From assembly GCA_002269645.1 (NCBI GenBank), contig NIVC01000927.1, positions 308,359-339,888 on the forward strand: a DNA stretch of 31,530 nucleotides. Direction: 5' to 3'. Positions 11,801-22,673 of this stretch are shown in pieces. The translations under genes were made by a program, and so were the position numbers. The DNA is from Macrostomum lignano (Eukaryota). Every line of letters begins with the position of its first letter. The stretch's first letter is position 1. The notes beneath the pieces are model-generated. The model was not told where the DNA came from. It saw only the letters and a list, made by a program, of their open reading frames with translations, and made no database searches.

Positions 11801-14800
11801 CTGTAGGCCTAATGCATTATAAAAGAATTTATATAGAGTTTGGGTTAGCTTGCAACATTACTAAATAGTAATGTAATGATATCTGATACAATTTTAATGT
11901 GCAAGTTTGGATCCAGAATCAGGCAATTTCTGATCCTTAAAAACCCATGTGCCACACTATTAATAAACTATCATCTCTACAAAAATATCAAACAGGAATG
12001 CATTCTCAGCGGTCTGATGTCAGTCAGTGGCAAGAAGGTGCTGCACATGGACCGCAATAATTACTATGGCGGAGACAGCGCTTCAATCACGCCATTGAAT
12101 GACCTGTTTGGCATGTTCAAGATGGGCGATCCGCCAGCCTATTTGGAGAAATTCCGTGACTGGAACGTTGACTTAATCCCCAAATTTCTCATGGCCAACG
12201 GCGCCCTGGTCAAGCTGCTGCTATTCACTGGCGTCACTCGCTACCTCGAGTTCAAGAGCGTTGAGGGTAGCTACGTTTACAAGGGCGGCAAGATTCACAA
12301 GGTGCCGTGCAACGAGAAGGAGGCCCTAGCCAGCTCGCTTATGGGCATGTTTGAGAAGCGAAGGTTTGTCAGAATTTAATATTTATACAATATTCTGCAT
12401 GTGTACAGTTTCTCTCTCTGTTTCACTGACTCGTTGATACCTCCGATACTTCAGGGTCACTGACTCCCTTCTACCCTCCCGATACTACAGGGGTCACTGA
12501 CTCCCTTCTACCCTCCCGATACTACAGGGGTCACTGACTCCCTTCTACCCTCCTGATACTTCAGGGGTCAATGACTCCCTACTACCCTTCCGATACTTCA
12601 GGGGTCGCTGACTCCCTACTACCCTTCCGATACTTCAGGGGTCACTGACTCCCTGCTACCCTCCCAAATCTTTAGGGGTCACTGACTCCCTGCTACCCTC
12701 CCGATACTTCAGGGGCCACTGACTCCCTGCTACCCTCCCGATACTTCAGGGGTCACTGACTCCCTGCTACCCTCTGATTCTTTAGGGGTCACTGACTCCC
12801 TGCTACCCTCTGATTCTTTAGGGGTCACTGACTCCCTGCTACCCTCCGATTCTTCAGGGGTCACTGACTCCCTTCTACCATCCCGATACTTCAGGGGTCA
12901 CTGACTCCCTGCTACCCTCCGATTCTTTAGGGGTCACTGACTCCCTTCTACCCTCCCGATATTTCAGGGGTCACTGACTCCCTGCTACCCTCTGATTCTT
13001 TAGGGGTCACTGACTCCCTGCTACCCTCCCGATACTTCAGGGGTCACTGACTCCCTTCTACCCTCCCGATATTTCAGGGGTCACTGACTCCCTGCTACCC
13101 TATGATTCTTTAGGGGTCACTGACTCCCTGCTACCCTCTGATTCTTTAGGGGTCACTGACTCCCTGCTACCCTCCGATTCTTCAGGGGTCACTGACTCCC
13201 TTCTACCCTCCCGATACTTCAGGGGTCACTGACTCCCTGCTACCCTCCGATTCTTTAGGGGTCACTGACTCCCTGCTACCCTCCCGATACTTCAGGGGTC
13301 ACTGACTCCCTGCTACCCTCCGATTCTTTAGGGGTCACTGACTCCCCTCTACCCTCCCGATACTTCAGGGGTCACTGACTCCCTGTTACCCTCCGATACT
13401 TCAGGGGTCACTGACTCCCTGCTACCCTCCGATACTTCAGGGGTCACTGACTCCCTGCTACCCTCCGATACTTCAGGGGTCACTGACTCCCTGCTTCCCC
13501 CAAGCGTTAAGCAGCTAACGAGCCTCAGATTATTTGAAGTCTTCCAACAAAAAATTTAATAATTGGCTTACTTCATTCTCAATCTCGCACCCCTTATCCA
13601 GGTTCCGCAAGTTCCTCATCTGGGCGCAGAACATTGACGAGAACAACCGCGCCACCTGGGAGGGCATCGACATTCACAAGGACACGGTCAAGGCCGCCTA
13701 CGATAAATTCGGCGTCGACCAGAACACCACCGATTTCACTGGGCACGCCATCTGCCTGTATCTTAACGACGGATATATGAGCAGTCCGGCTATTGAAGCC
13801 ATCAGGCGCATCAAGCTGTACAGCGAGTCGCTGGCCAGGTAACTATGTGTGTTTTAATACTAAGCTATCTATCGGAAACCCTTTAAAAATTGGTGTACTT
13901 TAAATAGTATACTGTGTACTTTAAATAGTATACAGTGTACTTTAAATAGTATACTGTGTGCTTTAAATAGTATACCTTGTACTTTAAGTTGTATACTATG
14001 TACTTTAAGTTGTATACTGTGTACTTTAAATAGTATACCTTGTACTTTAAGTTGTATACTGTGTACTTTAAATTGTATACTGTGTACTTTAAATTGTATA
14101 CTGTGTACTTTAAATTGTATACCTTGTACTATAAATATTATATACCGTGTACTTTAATATCACTTTAATGTACGGAACAACTAATAGAAACAATATATGC
14201 CGGTATTTCAGCATTTTTAACAATTGGAATTCAAGCCAATTTTCTATTAAAACTATGTTTTTATAGTATACAGTATAGTATACAGTAGTTTCTAGTATTA
14301 ATTTTTGCTATCTTTTTTTTAGTAACAAAGCATTAAAAGTGTCATCCCCAGATAATGCAGGCACACATGAACTACAAATTAGCGTCACCTGCAAATTTTC
14401 TCTCGCGTACACGAAAATTGGTTAGAGGGGAGGGGCCTGTACTTGCGATTCACGTCCGTTTAGGACTAAACCTCCCAAGATCACACAGTGGGTGCATGTG
14501 TACAATTGTACATGCCCTGTGCCTAATAACCATTAAAATTGCACGCTCGGCTGATTGGTTTTATGAACCTATTTTATCATTCTTAGCTGACTATTTAACT
14601 GTGTGTAACAGAGATGATAGATAAAATATATTCATGAAACCAAAGAGTCAAGCTCTGCCATGCATTTTTATGATTTTTAGGTACAGGAAACTAGCAATCT
14701 ACGCCCGTGTTGGGGAGCCAAAGAAATGCAATACACGTTTTTTTAATAAGCTACATGTATCCTTGAAATCTACTTTGATTTGTTTCCGTACTACTTTGAT

Positions 14801-17800
14801 GAGATGATGAGAAACTCTGGTCTCGTTCTCAGGGGTCAGCAGAATGGGCACGAATGCTTGTCGACTGTCTACAGCGTCCAGCAGCCTTGGTTTCAATCCC
14901 CTCTCCTCTTCCCCAGGTACGGCAGCTCGCCCTACCTGTACCCGATGTACGGCCTTGGCGAACTGCCGCAAGGCTTCGCCCGCCTGTCGGCCGTGTACGG
15001 CGGCACCTACATGCTCAACAAGCCGGACGCTGAGATTGTCTTCGACGAGACTGGCGCCGTAGCCGGCGTGCAGTCCGAAGGCCAGGTGGCCAAGTGCAAA
15101 GCTGTCATCTGCGATCCCAACTATGCCACGGATCGGGTGCGCAAAGTTGGCAGCGTTATCCGGGCTATCTGCATCCTACGGCACCCAATCCCGGACACTG
15201 GGGACAAACTGTCCGCCCAAATTATCATTCCGCAGAATCAGGTCAACAGGAAGAACGGTATGTCAATAATCTCTTTCAAGAGTAGTTTCCAAGAAAGTGC
15301 TTGTTTTTCTTAGAAAAAATAAAAGTTAGAAACAGGCGGACTGAAAGCTGGCAAATAGGTGTACGGGAGCTGGCAAATAGGTGTACGGGAGCTGGCAAAT
15401 AGGTGTATGGGAGCTGGCAAATAGTTGTATGGGAGCTGGCAAATAGTTGTACGGGAGCTGGCAAATAGGTGTACGGGAACTGGCAAATAGGTGTACAGGA
15501 GCTGGGAAACAGGTGTACAGGAGCTGGAATGAATATAGGTGTAGTGAAGTTGAAAAATAGGTGTACCCGGTATGGGAGCTGGGAAACAGGTGTATAGAAG
15601 CTGGGAAACAGGTGTATAGAAGCTGGGAAACAGGTGTAATGGAAGCTGGGAAACAGGTGTATAGAAGCTGGGAAACAGGTGTATAGAAGCTGGGAAACAG
15701 GTGTAATGGAAGCTGGGAAACAGGTGTATAGAAGCTGGGAAACAGGTGTAATGGAAGCTGGGAAACAGGTGTATAGAAGCTGGGAAACAGGTGTATAGAA
15801 GCTGGGAAACAGGTGTAATGGAAGCTGGGAAACAGGTGTATAGAAGCTGGGAAACAGGTGTATAGAAGCTGGGAAACAGGTGTATAGAAGCTGGGAAACA
15901 GGTGTATAGAAGCTGGGAAACAGGTGTATAGAAGCTGGGAAACAGGTGTATGGAAGCTGGGAAACAGGTGTATGGAAGCTGGGAAACAGGCGGAATGGTA
16001 ATTGGGTAGCAGGTGAAATTAATGCATAAATCGACAGTTAGTGCTATGCGCTTGTTGTGCCCTATGTTGAGTGTACAAAAAGGCATATTTTGTGTATGTC
16101 TATGTACATTTTTCTACAAGCATTGGTTTGTGTGCGGTTCTTTCCTGGGCTTTATCAGCAGTTGGCTGCTCGATAAATTCGAAATTCAGAACAGGCCTCG
16201 TTCAAAAGCACTGCTTGATAAGGTCGGGCCAATCCCAATATTGCGTTTCGCCTTTTGTGGAAGCAGAATTTTTCGCCTTCAGTCTCGCTTGGGCTAGTTT
16301 AACTGATTACTTTTCATTTGTGAAGAATTTGGCTATCAATAAATATACGTGAAAAACAGCGGGGAGATGGATCAGAGGCGAATGGGAGAATAAAGACTAA
16401 AGAGGGGAGAATGTAAGAACCAAATAGGAGAGGGTGAGAATCAGATGGAGAGGGGGAGAATCAAATGGGAGGGTGAGAATCAGATAGGAGGGTGAGAATC
16501 AGATGGGAGGGTGAGAATCAGATGGGAGGGTGAGAATCAGATAGGAGGGTGAGAATCAGATGGGAGGGTGAGAATCAGATGGGAGGGTGAGAATCAGATG
16601 GGAGGGTGAGAATCAGATGGAGAGGGTGAGAATCAGATGGGAGGGTGAGAATCAGATAGGTGGGTGAGAATCAGATGGGAGGGTGAGAATCAGATAGGAG
16701 GGTGAGAATCAGATGGAGAGGGTGAGAATCAGATGGGAGGGTGAGAATCAGATGGGAGGATGAGAATCAGATAGGAGAGGATGAGACTCAGAGTGGAGAG
16801 GGAGAGGGGAAGAATTAGAGTGGAGAGGGAGAGGGGGAGAATTGGAGTGAAGAGGGCGGGAATCAGAGAAAAGAGGTTGAGATTCAGAGGAGAGAGGGTG
16901 AAAATCAAAGGAGAGAGGGTGAGAATCAAAGGAGAGAGGGTGAGAATCAAAGGAGAGAGGGTGAGAATCAAAGGAGAGAGGGTGAGAATCAAAGGAGAGA
17001 GGGTGAAAATCAAAGGAGAGAGGGTGAGAATCAGAGGAGAGAGGGTGAAAATCAAAGGAGAGAGGGTGAGAATCAGATTGTAGATGGTGAGACTCAGCAG
17101 GAAAATTGAGAGAATCAGTTGGTAGAGGTAAAGGTGGACAGCAGAGAGAGTTATAGCTCATAGAATGAATGAGCCCCACACTCCGTGCTGCCTCAGACAT
17201 CTACGTGTGCGCGGTCTCCTACGCTCACAACGTGGCTTCCAAGCCGAACTTCATCGCCATGGTTTCCACCATCGTTGAGACGGCCAATCCGCGTGAGGAG
17301 CTTCGACCCGGCCTGAACCTGCTTGGCCCGATCGATCAGATCTTCTACAAGGAGAGCGACCTGCTTGAGCCCACCGATAGTGGCGAAAAGTCCAAGGTAG
17401 GCAATTTTGTTGTCGAATGTGGTGTCTTAAGCGTTTTATAGTTTCACGGCTCAGGTGTGGTATAATACGGATTTTAATGACTCAGGTGTGGTATATAAAT
17501 ACGGGTTTTAATGACTCAGGTGTGGTATATAAATACGGGTTTTAATGACTCAGGTGTGGTATATAAATACGGGTTTTAATGACTCAGGTGTGGTATATAA
17601 ATACGGGTTTTAATGACTCAGGTGTGGTATATAAATACGGGTTTTAATGACTCAGGTGTGGTATATAAATACGGGTTTTAATGACTCAGGTGTGGTATAT
17701 AAATACGGGTTTTAATGACTCAGGTGTGGTATATAAATACGGGTTTTAATGACTCAGGTGTGGTATATAAATACGGGTTTTAATGACTCAGGTGTGGTAT

Positions 17801-18339
17801 ATAAATACGGGTTTTAATGGACCAGGTGTGGTATATAAATACGGGTTTTAATGGCCCGGGTGTAAAATGTGCGGCTTTTAATGGCCCGGGTGTAAAATGT
17901 GCGGCTTTTAATGGACCAGGTGTAAAATGTGCGGCTTTTAATGGCCCGGGTGTAAAATGTGCGGCTTTTAATGGACCAGGTGTAAAATGTGCGGCTTTTA
18001 ATGGCCCGGGTGTAAAATGTACGGCTTTTAATGGCCCGGGTGTAAAATGTGCGGCTTTTAATGGACCAGGTGTAAAATGTGCGGCTTTTAATGGCCCAGG
18101 TGTAAAATGTGCGGCTTTTAATGGCCCAGGTGTAAAATGTGCGGATTTCGAGGAGCCATAACCATCCTATCATGCTCCCCCTTCCTCGCCCTCAGGTGTA
18201 CATCTCGAAGAGCTACGACGCCACCACGCACTTTGAGACCACTTGCCGTGACGTTCTGGACGTCTACGAGCGCCTGATGGGCGAGAAATTCGACTTCAGC
18301 AAAGTGCAGGACAAGATTGTTAATGCCGAGGACGACTAA
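8834..18339 (+). CDS. GDI: Rab GDP-dissociation inhibitor, six coding exons, 444 aa (join 8834-8878, 11996-12363, 13602-13838, 14917-15257, 17197-17396, 18196-18339)
   Basis: All introns are GT-AG with consistent phases (0,2,2,1,0) and the spliced length is 1335 nt. Family motifs are intact: [93 protein letters not shown]. Confidence 0.97.
9422..10346. mobile_element. Mutator-type MITE in GDI intron 1
   Basis: Terminal 41 bp are inverted repeats (35/41 match; GGCAATGCCTAGAGTTCTGGCATTAGAACCCATTTTCTAAT). 9-bp TSD AAAGGTATT (9413-9421) / AAAGGTATA (10347-10355). Confidence 0.8.
9481..10108. mobile_element. MITE nested inside the left TIR of the Mutator-type element
   Basis: 18-bp TIRs CCATAGTCCAGATCATGT / ACATGATCCGGACTATGG (17/18). 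Flanks TAGGCAGT / CCGGCAGT (6/8, TSD-like). Many subterminal GGCATGCA/GGCGTGCA motifs. Confidence 0.7.
10398..11073. mobile_element. hAT-type MITE (676 bp) in GDI intron 1
   Basis: 18-bp TIRs TAGTGATGGATTGAAATT / AATTTCGATCCATCACTA (17/18). Perfect 8-bp TSD CTTTTGAC at 10390-10397 and 11074-11081. Subterminal TTTCGA repeats at both ends. Confidence 0.88.
11996..12363 (+). CDS. GDI: Rab GDI exon 2 (ECILSGL...EKRR)
   Basis: Acceptor AACAG|GAA at 11995. Donor AG|GTTTGT at 12364. Confidence 0.95.
12441..13494. repeat. 36-37-bp minisatellite, ~29 copies, filling GDI intron 2
   Basis: Unit GATACTTCAGGGGTCACTGACTCCCTGCTACCCTCC. Confidence 0.97.
13602..13838 (+). CDS. GDI: Rab GDI exon 3 (FRKFLIW...ESLAR)
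   Basis: Acceptor TTATCCAG|G at 13601. Donor CAG|GTAACT at 13839. Confidence 0.95.
13893..14156. repeat. 21-bp minisatellite, ~12 copies, GDI intron 3
   Basis: Unit GTACTTTAAATAGTATACTGT, built from short palindromes (GTAC, TTTAAA, GTATAC). Confidence 0.9.
14917..15257 (+). CDS. GDI: Rab GDI exon 4 (YGSSPYL...VNRKN)
   Basis: Acceptor CTTCCCCAG|G at 14916. Donor ACG|GTATGT at 15258. Confidence 0.95.
15345..15990. repeat. 22-bp minisatellite, ~29 copies, GDI intron 4
   Basis: Unit GCTGGCAAATAGGTGTACGGGA grading into GCTGGGAAACAGGTGTATAGAA. Confidence 0.95.
16425..17085. repeat. Composite 19-bp then 21-bp purine-rich minisatellite, GDI intron 4
   Basis: Units GATGGGAGGGTGAGAATCA and GGAGAGAGGGTGAGAATCAAA share the core GAGGGTGAGAATCA. 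Confidence 0.93.
17197..17396 (+). CDS. GDI: Rab GDI exon 5 (DIYVCAVS...GEKSK)
   Basis: Acceptor CCTCAG|AC at 17196. Donor AAG|GTAGGC at 17397. Confidence 0.95.
17448..18146. repeat. Composite 34-bp (~11-12 copies) then 30-bp (~10 copies) minisatellite filling GDI intron 5
   Basis: GACTCAGGTGTGGTATATAAATACGGGTTTTAAT to 17852, then GG(C/A)CC(A/G)GGTGTAAAATGTGCGGCTTTTAAT. Hybrid unit at 17819. Confidence 0.97.
18196..18339 (+). CDS. GDI: Rab GDI exon 6 ([11 protein letters not shown]...AEDD*)
   Basis: Acceptor GCCCTCAG|GTG at 18195. Stop TAA ends at 18339. Confidence 0.95.
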   Translation: MYISKSYDATTHFETTCRDVLDVYERLMGEKFDFSKVQDKIVNAEDD

Positions 18340-18559
18340 AGCACTGGATTGGAAGCCGTGATTGAATAACTTGACTGACTGAAACTATTATTAACGCAAA
18401 ACTAATCGGTGGGTGGAGTCAGACACTCGGTTCTCTCTCTCTCTTTCATTTCCCTGGCTGTCCCCTTTTTTGTTGCTTTTGTTTCTGTTTCGTTGCTCGC
18501 CGAAAATTTCCAATAACAAATCGCCTGCAGACGGAGTGTTAACGTTCGTACAAAATATT

Positions 18560-18565
18560 AATAAA
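18560..18565 (+). terminator. Candidate polyadenylation signal of GDI
   Basis: AATAAA ~220 nt after the stop codon, followed by T/GT-rich sequence. Confidence 0.45.
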
Positions 18566-19063
18566 TATTTTTGGGTACAGATTTACGGTGATTTCATTAG
18601 CAATATATTAGTTATTAATTCTTAGTGTTTTAGTTAACAATCGGTTATAATTATGTCAGATTACTAACTATAATACAATATATGCAAGGCTTTAATGTGC
18701 TTTTCCACTCACAAGCCCCTCCAAAAAGATAATGCTTAATAGTCTAACTTTATTTTTATTGTTGTTTTGTCTTGTCCCCCCCTGATCTTCTGCCTGCCTG
18801 CCTACTGCAACTGAAAAGCCGGTTTTGTGCGTGTTTGCTTTCTATCATCTTATATCTGTTTGTGTTGGCACTGGTATTGCTTAATTATTACTTTTTCATA
18901 GCGGTGTAGTACTTGCAGTAGTATCTTTTATTTTAGTTTTTTTGTTGCGCTGGACTGCCGTCAAACTGTTATAACTATTAATATCGTTATATGGCATGTT
19001 TATTTAATTAGTAATTTGTATCGCGTAAATTTAGTACCCAACTAAAATATGTGTGTGTTAGCC

Positions 19064-19288
19064 GAGATCGAACCTAGGACCACCACAGGTATGTTTGTAA
19101 ACAAAGCCAATAATAGTGTGCAGTCACATTGGAGATCGAACCTAGGACCACCACAGGTATGTGCGTAAACAAAGCCAATAATAGGGTGCAGTCACATTGG
19201 AGATCGAACCTAGGACCACCACAGGTATGTTTGTAAACAAAGCCAATAATAGTGTGCGGTCACATTGGAGATCGAACCTAGGACCACC
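19064..19288. repeat. 68-bp tandem repeat, ~3.3 copies
   Basis: Unit starts GAGATCGAACCTAGGACCACCACAGGTATG at 19064, 19132, 19200 and 19268. Confidence 0.92.
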
Positions 19289-20339
19289 ATGTAGAACCTA
19301 GAATATAAGTTATTCCAAATGAGCTTTAGTTCATATAATTATAATAATCAATCATCTGTCTACTTGGAACTGCTTGATACTCTATAGGCTTTATCGTACA
19401 CACACAGGTACGCCTTGATTGATCTTTTTGTTTCCTTGATTATCTATCTATCTATTAACAACTTAATATCCGGTTCCGTTTGTGTTACTCTTGCTGTGTG
19501 CAAAGTTTAATTTGTTAAAATATTTTGTGATCAAAATTTGCAAATAATACTACTACTACTGAAACTACTATAATTATAATTCTGTCAGTTTTCATTAAAA
19601 TAAGATCTTATTTGATTTCGCAGTCGGCTTGGCTTTTCCGTTTTCTGTCTCGCTTTCCTCTCTGATAAATTTTCATTCTGTTATTTAATTATTAATTATT
19701 AGTCTAGGCTCGCACTGCTATTGGGTGTCAGCGTCTGTGTCAATGTCGCACTTGTTCGCATAATATTCCTCTCTTTATATTCATATATAATTATCGCTTG
19801 TTTATTCACGATTCTTATACTGTTATAATTATAGTTATTATGATTACTATTATTTATGCTTATAAAGTTTATAAAGTAACTTACTGAGTCGCACTTGGCC
19901 CCCTCCCAATATTGATAAAACACACCGATCCTGATGATGTTAATGATGACTGGCTTGAGCCTCTGTTGTCTCTCCGCTACCCGTTGTCTGTGCCCCCCGC
20001 CCCCTGATTTATTTGTTGTTGTTGAGGCTACAAAAATGTTGAGTATGCTATAATAATTATTATTACTACAAGTCTGAGGTTTCAGCACGCCCCGTGTGTT
20101 CCTGTTTTGGCAACACTTTAAAAAGTTATTCTGCTATTCTGTTAAGTCGTTTCTCGTCTTATATATTTAACAACTAAACAGTCTGTTTGATCTGGTCTGT
20201 TGTCTCCCAGGCTTTTTTATTTCATTTGCGTCCTCCTACTGCCTCAATTTGAGTAGTATAGTACGATTCCTTTAGTATTATAATACGCTTCTTATATAGA
20301 ATCTTGAGGGTAGGCACGTACATTGTGCACTCTTAAAGT

Positions 20340-20560
20340 ACAATAATTGATCACAGCTCAGCTGCAGCTATTGCGCGGCGCATCTGAAGGCTGCGTACGG
20401 CTGTTCAGTCCAAGGACTGGGGGGTCGCCACGCACACCCTCAATTACCTCAGCTAATGCTGGCACCCATTTTACAGCTGGGTGAACTGAAGCAATGCAGA
20501 GTTAAGTGTCTTGCTCAAGGACAAATTGTTTCGATTGGGTCGAGAATCGAACCTTTCAAT
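20340..20560 (-). mobile_element. tRNA-derived CORE-type (MIR-like) SINE remnant
   Basis: The minus strand reads a B-box GGTTCGATTC (20544-20553), then GTCCTTGAGCAAGACACTTAACTC...CAGCTGTAAAATGGG (20465-20523), matching the MIR/CORE domain. The 3' boundary is uncertain. Confidence 0.7.
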
Positions 20561-20854
20561 CACTTTCAATGACCTTTCAAGTTGTAAGTTGACGATGAAG
20601 GGCTGAAGTTTCCCAATTTTGGGCACTTAAAAGCTGCTTTCGGACAAGTAACCGAAAAGTGTCTACTAGTGGCCGAAATTTGGAAATTTCCAGCCACTTA
20701 CAACCGAAGCAAAATGTTTAGTTGCTTGAGAGAAAATAAAAGCCACAAGCCATTAATATCGACCCCACATTCGACTTTTATAGCCGATGTGTGTTCAATA
20801 AAAAAGAGAGCAATTAACCATGCTTGGGCGATGAAAGCGAGTTATATTATGTAC

Positions 20855-20860
20855 TTTATT
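20855..20860 (-). terminator. Candidate polyadenylation signal of the minus-strand ORF
   Basis: AATAAA on - about 325 nt downstream of the stop at 21185. Confidence 0.3.
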
Positions 20861-21184
20861 TCACAACTCTTCTTCAATGACTTTCCTTCAACCAAGAAGC
20901 CAACAGTTTCTTCTGTAGTAAGCGATTTTAAGCGAAACACATTTGCCAACAAACAAATTCACAAATGAATACAGCCTCCAGCTTCTCCAGCGGGCTCCTC
21001 GGGCAACTATGAAGATATTAATTTATAGAGAACAAAATAACCGAAGCAGAAAGTATTTAAAATAAGCGAACTTCGCCTTAGTAGAAGTATTCGTATTCCT
21101 TTCCTGGCCTTGGCTATACGAAAGTTGATAATGACGTCATCGCGTCGATTGCGCTCATCGTCAGTCAGTCCTGTGACTTTCTTC

Positions 21185-22219
21185 TCAAGAGTCGCCGGCA
21201 CCCACCGCCTTGCCCGGCGCCGAAGCCTTGGTCGGCTTTTTCACCTTCGACTCCTTCACCGACGGCAGTGCGCCCGTCGGCGGCCGGTGCCGACCGCAGC
21301 GCCGGATCTCGCCGCGCAGCCGGAGCAGCTCTGCCTCCATGCTGGCCATTCGGGCGGCGCTGCGCGCCCTGGCGCCGATCTCCGCTCTACCGCGCGCCGC
21401 CGACGATTCCACAAGGTGGCGAATTGTGCGCTCCGATTGCACCAGCTTGTTAGTCAGGGCCCGCTCCGCCACCGGCCACTGCACCTGGAAGTACAGCACC
21501 TCCTGCTGCAGCGGAGTGAGCTCAATGTTGGCTGGCAGCCAGCTGTCGCCGGATTCGTCGGGCCCATTCAGGCCAACCAGAGCGGACAGCCGTTCCGCGC
21601 CCTGCCTGACCTCCGACAGCAGCTGCTGCAGGTGTTCGGCCATCGACATCGAGTCCATGCCGCTGCGCCTGTGGCCTGCCACCGTCAGGATGGTCACCTC
21701 CTCGGCCGCCTCGCGATCCGAGTTGCTGCTCTGCTCGTTCATCGCAGCTTTGAAGGCCGCCTCCGCCTCTGCCGTCGCCGTCGCTGCTGCTGGTGGTTTT
21801 CTGTTGAATCGGCTAGAAAGCAGATGCCTCAGCCGGCTGGCAGGCTTTCGGCTACTCTTTGCTGCGCTGGTGTTCGTGTCCAGGCACTCCTGCTGCTTCT
21901 GCTGCTGAGGTGGCGGCGGCGGAGCCAGCTGGGCCGACAGGCAGGCAGCGGCTATGCGCTGCGGCGCCGCATCGAGTAGCGCTAGTAGGGCGGCGCAGTT
22001 CTTTAGCAGCGCGGGGACGTACACGAACTCGCTGCTGCCTCGGCCTCGGCCTTTGCTGCCGACTGAGCCAGGCGGCCGCCGCAGCACCACAGGCGGGTAG
22101 CCGAGCCGGCGGCATTCGTGGTCCACGTTGTAAGCCGTGCTGACAAGCTCCGCCGCCGCGGATTCCGTCATGGCAGCTGCTGTACCGTCGAATGTCTTCG
22201 CTGTGGGATCGGCGGCCAT
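21185..22219 (-). CDS. Hypothetical intronless protein, 344 aa, Ala/Pro/Gln-rich with a predicted C-terminal coiled coil
   Basis: Uninterrupted GC-rich ORF with the same exon-like composition as the GDI exons. First ATG in AAAATGG context at 22219 (the ORF-track start at 22261 is TTG). No firm family assignment. Confidence 0.75.
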   Translation of the reverse strand: MAADPTAKTFDGTAAAMTESAAAELVSTAYNVDHECRRLGYPPVVLRRPPGSVGSKGRGRGSSEFVYVPALLKNCAALLALLDAAPQRIAAACLSAQLAPPPPPQQQKQQECLDTNTSAAKSSRKPASRLRHLLSSRFNRKPPAAATATAEAEAAFKAAMNEQSSNSDREAAEEVTILTVAGHRRSGMDSMSMAEHLQQLLSEVRQGAERLSALVGLNGPDESGDSWLPANIELTPLQQEVLYFQVQWPVAERALTNKLVQSERTIRHLVESSAARGRAEIGARARSAARMASMEAELLRLRGEIRRCGRHRPPTGALPSVKESKVKKPTKASAPGKAVGAGDS

Positions 22220-22425
22220 TTTCTCCTGTTCGGGACTTGCCAATTCTGCCCTGATTTTCAATGCTTTTCAATTGCGACTCTCCAGTCAGTCTATATTTAT
22301 TGTCTGACCAGCAACTGTTCAATTTGAGTGACTCATGGGAGCTTTCAGCCATAGACAGCTGGCTGGGGAACCCGGCTGAGCTTAGGACAAATGAATCTAA
22401 ATATGCTGGGTTAACAAAAATGGAG

Positions 22426-22673
<248 letters not shown>

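Noticed and set aside
11876-14916. ORF-track N-terminal extensions of GDI exons (from 11876, 13534 and 14780)
   Set aside because: Intronic read-through upstream of clear acceptors. GDI similarity starts only at the acceptors.
14797-14916. TGATGA as a snoRNA C box in GDI intron 3
   Set aside because: No downstream CTGA D box or terminal stem before the acceptor.
15276-18173. Repetitive ORFs ([33 protein letters not shown])
   Set aside because: They lie within GDI introns, are open only because the units lack stops, and have no independent splice or start support.
19040-20600. B-box motifs as tRNA genes
   Set aside because: No cloverleaf or clear A box. The context fits SINE-derived sequence.
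21110-21979. Plus-strand ORFs of 289 and 232 aa overlapping the minus-strand gene
   Set aside because: Expected antisense shadows of a GC-rich coding sequence. The starts are non-ATG or weak and the products are not protein-like.
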